Source: Planctomycetota bacterium
Lineage (GTDB): Bacteria > Planctomycetota > JAZDJP01
Assembly: GCA_043803805.1 (NCBI GenBank)
Contig: JAZDJP010000031.1
Span: 1,222 to 65,221 of the forward strand
Direction of reading: 5' to 3'
Length of the DNA stretch: 64,000 nt
Of the stretch, positions 61,001-64,000 are shown in pieces. Position numbers and translations under genes: made by a program. The first letter of the stretch is position 1. Every line of letters starts with the position of its first letter. Under the pieces are notes generated by a model. It was not told the origin of the DNA. It ran no database searches and saw only the letters and a program-made list of their open reading frames with translations.

Positions 61001-64000
61001 ACCTGGGTGGGCCATTCCTACGATTACAACACGGATTCCCCGGACATCCCCACCGGCGACGTCGGCAACCCGTACAACGTCACCACGGTCGCCGGGACGG
61101 CCGGCGCGGTCACCCTGAACGCATTCACGGGCGACGGGGCGGGAAACAACGTGGCGGCGACCGCGGAATCGAACGACGACGACAACGGCGGGGTGGGAAG
61201 AACCAACATCATCTGGGACGACACCCAGGTCATCCTGACGGGCACGTTCGACGGCACGACCGACGTCGCGTGGGCGAAAAACGGCGTCTGGCAGGCGACC
61301 TACGTCGTCAACTCCTCCCCCTACTCCTTCAATGTCACGGGAAACATCGCCGCGGGCGATGTCATCACCATCTACTACAACAATAATGCGGCTGGCACGG
61401 ACTCCGCTTACGTGACGAAGGCCACGGGCGCCAGCATGTCGGGTTTGAACCTCGTCGCGAACCAGGTCTGGGTGGGCAATCACGGCGGCGCGGCGCTCAC
61501 GAACGCCGATCTGGACCTCTTCGACAACGACGGAGGGGGCGACGACGCCGACATCCCCTTCGTCGTCGCGGGCGGGAACCTGACACTGGACGCCGGGTTC
61601 CAGATGGTTGTCGCCGCCTCCCAGGTTTACACCCCCGGCGGCAACATCACCTGGTCGGCCGCCAACGACGCCAATGTCGTCACGGCGAACGGCGCCCTGA
61701 ACCTCAACGCCAACACAATCACGACGGGTACCGCGCTCACCGTGAACAGCACCGGTGCGTTCGTCCTCACGACCGGCGCCGCGACGTTCAACCGCGACTC
61801 CGCCGCCTGCGTCGTCACCGTGAACGGCGCCCTTGATTTCGGCGCGAGCGGCGCCCTGAACGCGGGATTCAGTTTCACCGCCAACGCCACCGCCACGTTC
61901 ACCCCCGGCGGGGGGACGCTCACGATGACGGGCACCCGGGACAACGCCATCCTGGGCGGGACGAAAAACACCATTTCCGTCTATAACCTCGTCATCAACA
62001 AGACCGACGCCGCCGACACCGTGACCGTCGAGGACAACGACACCATCGCCGTCGGCGGAACATTCACCCTTACCAACGGTGAATTCCAGATGAACGCCGG
62101 CGAGACGCTGGATATCGAGGGAGACATCTCCATCCCGAACAGCGCCAATTCCTGGTTCAACATCACCGGGGCCGCGGCCAACATCTACGTCGGCGGAAAC
62201 ATCACCTGCGGCGCGGCGGGGAAATTCGACGTGGACGGCGGCGTTCTGACGTTCGATGGATCGAACGACGCCACCGTGGATACGGCGGCACCGGGAGGCG
62301 ACCGCGACTTCTTTGACGTCATCATCGCCAAGACCGGCGGCGCCAAGGTCACCCTGAACTCCAATGTGGACATCAACCGGTCCCTTGCCATCAACTCCGG
62401 ACTTTTCGATTCCGACAACCGGACGCTGAACGTCGCCACCCACTTCACCAACAACGCCACGGGCGCCGACGGATTCGACTTCAGCGACGCCGCGACGATC
62501 ATCGTCTTCGACGGCGCGAGCACCCAGAATATCACCTCGGGGGGCGACCCCTTCAACATCGTCTCGAAGACGGGCGTGGGCGCCATGACCTTGATTGACG
62601 CCATGACCGTGGGAACGGGGATCGGCGTCGGGGACTCCCTCTCCGTCACCGCCGGGATGCTCAACCTGAACGGCCAGACCCTCGCCATCCAGTCGGGCAC
62701 CCGGTTTCTCTTCTCCTCCAACACCGCCACACCAAACGGGGCGCTTCGCTCCACCTCATCATCCTCCACCATCACCCGGAGCGGCGCGGGGACCTGGACC
62801 ATGCTCTTCGAGGAAGGGCAGGTGGACATCAACGGCATCAACATCTCCTATCTCGGGCCCGGGAACGGGTTTGACATCGTCCCCGCGGGCGGCGGCGTCC
62901 GGGTCCTCCAATTCGACGCCGTGACGTGGTCGAACTGCACCTCCAGCCAGTACATCCGGCTTTCGGGAGCGCCCACGTTCACGGACACGTCCTGGAGCAA
63001 CCATGACCTGCCGGCGGGTCCCACGTTCAACGTGACCACCGTCCTCGGCTCGTCCGGCGGCCCCATCACCATGCTCAACTCCTCCGGGGCTCTCGGCGGC
63101 GCCAACGGCGAGGCCAACGACAGCGAGGCCGGCATCCTCATCAACTGGGCGATCCAAATCACCCTGCAGGGCGCCTGTGACGGGAACACCGACGTCTCCT
63201 GGGCGCTGAACGGCGCCTGGCAGGCGACCTACACGACAAACGCCTCTCCTTTCTCTTTTCCGGGCATCACCAACGTCACCGCCGGGGATCTCATCACCAT
63301 CTGGTACGAGGGCGGCGCCGTCAAGGGGGCCATCGTCACCAAGGCGACCGGGACCAACATGACGGACCTGGATCTCACCGTGAACCGGACCGTCATCCGG
63401 AGCGACAGCCCCGGAAGCAGCGTCACCAACCAGAACCTCGACGACGTCCACACCGGGGACGCCGACATCCCCTGGACCAACGGCACCGGCGCGGCCCTGA
63501 CAATGGCCAACAACATCACCCTGGAGGTTCAAACCGGCCACACCTATATCCCCGGAGGCGCCGTTACCCTCCAGGGAACGGGCTCACTCCGGGCGAACGG
63601 TTCCGCGACCCTCGGGGGTGACGTCACCGCGCCGGGCGGCGTGGTGATCGGAGCATCGGGGGAGATTTCCGCCGGCGCCAACACCATCACCGCCAGCGAC
63701 AACTGGACGAACAACCGGGGGACGGCGGGGTTCGTGGAGGGGACATCGCTCGTCAAGCTGAACTCGGCGGCGCAGGTGACGATGAATGAAACCTTCAACA
63801 ACCTCGAGGTGACGGGCGGAACCCCCTCCGTGGCGGCGGGAAAAAGCGTGTACTGCGTCAATTTCACCATGAACGCGGGGACGAGTTTCACCCTGAACGA
63901 CGACGCCTCCTTCACCTCCACCGGGGCCTTCGCCTGGAGCGCCGGGACGATTTCCGTGGGAACCACGGCGGGGAACGACGCCGGGGTGTTCAGTGTCCCC
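58028..64000 (+). CDS. Giant (>1990 aa, 3'-truncated by the window) Thr/Asn/Gly-rich beta-helix-like surface protein with an N-terminal excisionase-type HTH and a signal/anchor
   Basis: Frame 2 is open from the stop at 57989-91 to position 64000, checked by hand at several points. It is absent from the ORF track, presumably because there is no stop in the window. The track lists only short + ORFs in the other two + frames. N-terminus FLTTSDVAGMIGVTQATVLEAIHRHDLKAHRTPGGHHRVSKSETARFL, then MPGVVKIIVLACSLLFPAAAPQAAS, then repetitive T/N/G-rich sequence with ~2-kb super-repeats. Confidence 0.75.
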   Translation, partial: MSHSGTPHDDFLTTSDVAGMIGVTQATVLEAIHRHDLKAHRTPGGHHRVSKSETARFLKTLGMAPDIRPRMPGVVKIIVLACSLLFPAAAPQAASTSLRPNVDTTTANWTEAVGGGGFYEDINDDPDAANDADYIQGQNKTDLSSMFELTNTPADFADATSVDINFRHMENSTGNDTINMYYQIFESDGVTAITAESAVRLAPAGAWETVSRNVAITGTNIKTTWNGAKIRIRQDYTSNPPADGTSQVRVSAIEANITYTPTFIWTGGGDGSNWNDTNNWSAPEAGEYPGQDDTTDIAYIEGNYSVTANASVTVGAIKLDAGSTITMNTGITLTVSDDIIVLNNGDGEALITGEGTLKWTVVAAGTPALTFQDSDGSDTLKISNLTMDDSATAGATITLAGTTSVTITGNLTLNIADNATALSIPNTFNFKVQGSFVWTNGNILFGTSNANAATLELPSMTIPATASLVVQGNTAPVYIRGDLTINGTLDLQGDTMPFDVGGHWIHNNGATLSNITSAVIILSGGGQEIRGTDAVGTPFGNLQITGNITLNSTAMAITCANYFQINAGGTFNFGSGSVTITGADPNGIFTNKGTVNLNTGTLTVSNNWIDDGTFNAGTGTVIVNTGDGVEIGGTSDIHTFWNFTVNKNIGAFCDVQSGDSLVVNGLLYVQRGILRCNNSNDSMTLNGTPTSFRMADDANAEFRARTGGSNPTLACAGDFTLDGAGNGKFRMLYGTITFNGATDSTITTPNPANDTRDFANVVVAKTGTGRVILNSAIRVDGSIGGDLTINNGLLVFGANTVNLTGNFSNLAADAGEGFDASNAASALTWIGLTGATRDLNTGEDPLNILTVTGADATATLRLTSPIEVGAAAPAVTALSVTAGNLDLNGYVVSVEAGEKFEFNSNGGTLTAATDGSGFTRRGASGTFSFEFKQGIINITSLTFSSADNNGFYVNASGAVTFTNFDNVRFTKGTTTHMKIGLNGGAITYTDATWVGHSYDYNTDSPDIPTGDVGNPYNVTTVAGTAGAVTLNAFTGDGAGNNVAATAESNDDDNGGVGRTNIIWDDTQVILTGTFDGTTDVAWAKNGVWQATYVVNSSPYSFNVTGNIAAGDVITIYYNNNAAGTDSAYVTKATGASMSGLNLVANQVWVGNHGGAALTNADLDLFDNDGGGDDADIPFVVAGGNLTLDAGFQMVVAASQVYTPGGNITWSAANDANVVTANGALNLNANTITTGTALTVNSTGAFVLTTGAATFNRDSAACVVTVNGALDFGASGALNAGFSFTANATATFTPGGGTLTMTGTRDNAILGGTKNTISVYNLVINKTDAADTVTVEDNDTIAVGGTFTLTNGEFQMNAGETLDIEGDISIPNSANSWFNITGAAANIYVGGNITCGAAGKFDVDGGVLTFDGSNDATVDTAAPGGDRDFFDVIIAKTGGAKVTLNSNVDINRSLAINSGLFDSDNRTLNVATHFTNNATGADGFDFSDAATIIVFDGASTQNITSGGDPFNIVSKTGVGAMTLIDAMTVGTGIGVGDSLSVTAGMLNLNGQTLAIQSGTRFLFSSNTATPNGALRSTSSSSTITRSGAGTWTMLFEEGQVDINGINISYLGPGNGFDIVPAGGGVRVLQFDAVTWSNCTSSQYIRLSGAPTFTDTSWSNHDLPAGPTFNVTTVLGSSGGPITMLNSSGALGGANGEANDSEAGILINWAIQITLQGACDGNTDVSWALNGAWQATYTTNASPFSFPGITNVTAGDLITIWYEGGAVKGAIVTKATGTNMTDLDLTVNRTVIRSDSPGSSVTNQNLDDVHTGDADIPWTNGTGAALTMANNITLEVQTGHTYIPGGAVTLQGTGSLRANGSATLGGDVTAPGGVVIGASGEISAGANTITASDNWTNNRGTAGFVEGTSLVKLNSAAQVTMNETFNNLEVTGGTPSVAAGKSVYCVNFTMNAGTSFTLNDDASFTSTGAFAWSAGTISVGTTAGNDAGVFSVP

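Noticed and set aside
58199-63966. Series of long minus-strand ORFs (58199..60037 612 aa, 60028..60873, 60737..62443 568 aa, 62185..62844, 62759..63541, 63544..63966) offered by the ORF track.
   Set aside because: They are antisense to a continuous + strand frame that translates into a coherent repeat protein with a signal peptide. Their products are Arg/Gly/Val/Asp-rich low-complexity strings typical of high-GC antisense frames, and they overlap one another.

Overview
This is a 64-kb, visibly high-G+C bacterial chromosome segment. A Minf_1886/TIGR04138-like gene, many signal-peptide repeat proteins and a GH36-like hydrolase suggest a PVC-superphylum organism (Verrucomicrobia/Kiritimatiellae/Planctomycetes-like). 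That placement is inference from memory, not a search result.

Backbone genes: GH36-like hydrolase, ilvE-like aminotransferase, Gfo/Idh/MocA oxidoreductase, MBL hydrolase, 2-oxoacid:ferredoxin oxidoreductase alpha/beta, cysteine desulfurase, Fe/Mn SOD, thiC, def, trxB, an M55 D-aminopeptidase / amidohydrolase / D-aminoacylase group, metG and HU. c-di-GMP proteins are unusually dense: FHA-GAF-HD-GYP, REC-GGDEF(degenerate)-EAL, CBS-GGDEF and two ParB::HD-GYP fusions.

Four accessory or unusual zones stand out:
1. About 27.4-38.7 kb is an AT-richer region. It ends in an integrative element (tyrosine integrase, Prim-Pol/AAA replicase, Xis/XRE regulators) abutting tRNA-Asp. Its cargo is a candidate structured RNA, a Zn-ribbon protein, a YidD-like protein and a PD-(D/E)xK (HsdR-N-like) protein.
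2. tRNA-Gly carries an 89-bp duplication of its 3' end and flank, followed by a SIR2-like gene and a secreted SNase.
3. An EPS export pair (Wza/Wzc-like) is followed by two tandem ParB-N::HD-GYP fusion genes.
4. A surface-protein locus contains a 9 x 55-aa repeat/FN3 protein, a DUF4160/DUF2442 cassette and a giant + strand ORF (58028 to the window end).

The giant ORF is absent from the ORF track because it has no stop in the window. It begins with an excisionase-type HTH in frame with a signal peptide.

Intergenic DNA is dominated by short-period 'stutter' repeat families (GAGTC-N3, TTCCGTG) and REP-like palindromes. Most long ORFs antisense to recognisable genes are high-GC artefacts. I saw no rRNA, CRISPR array or intact IS.
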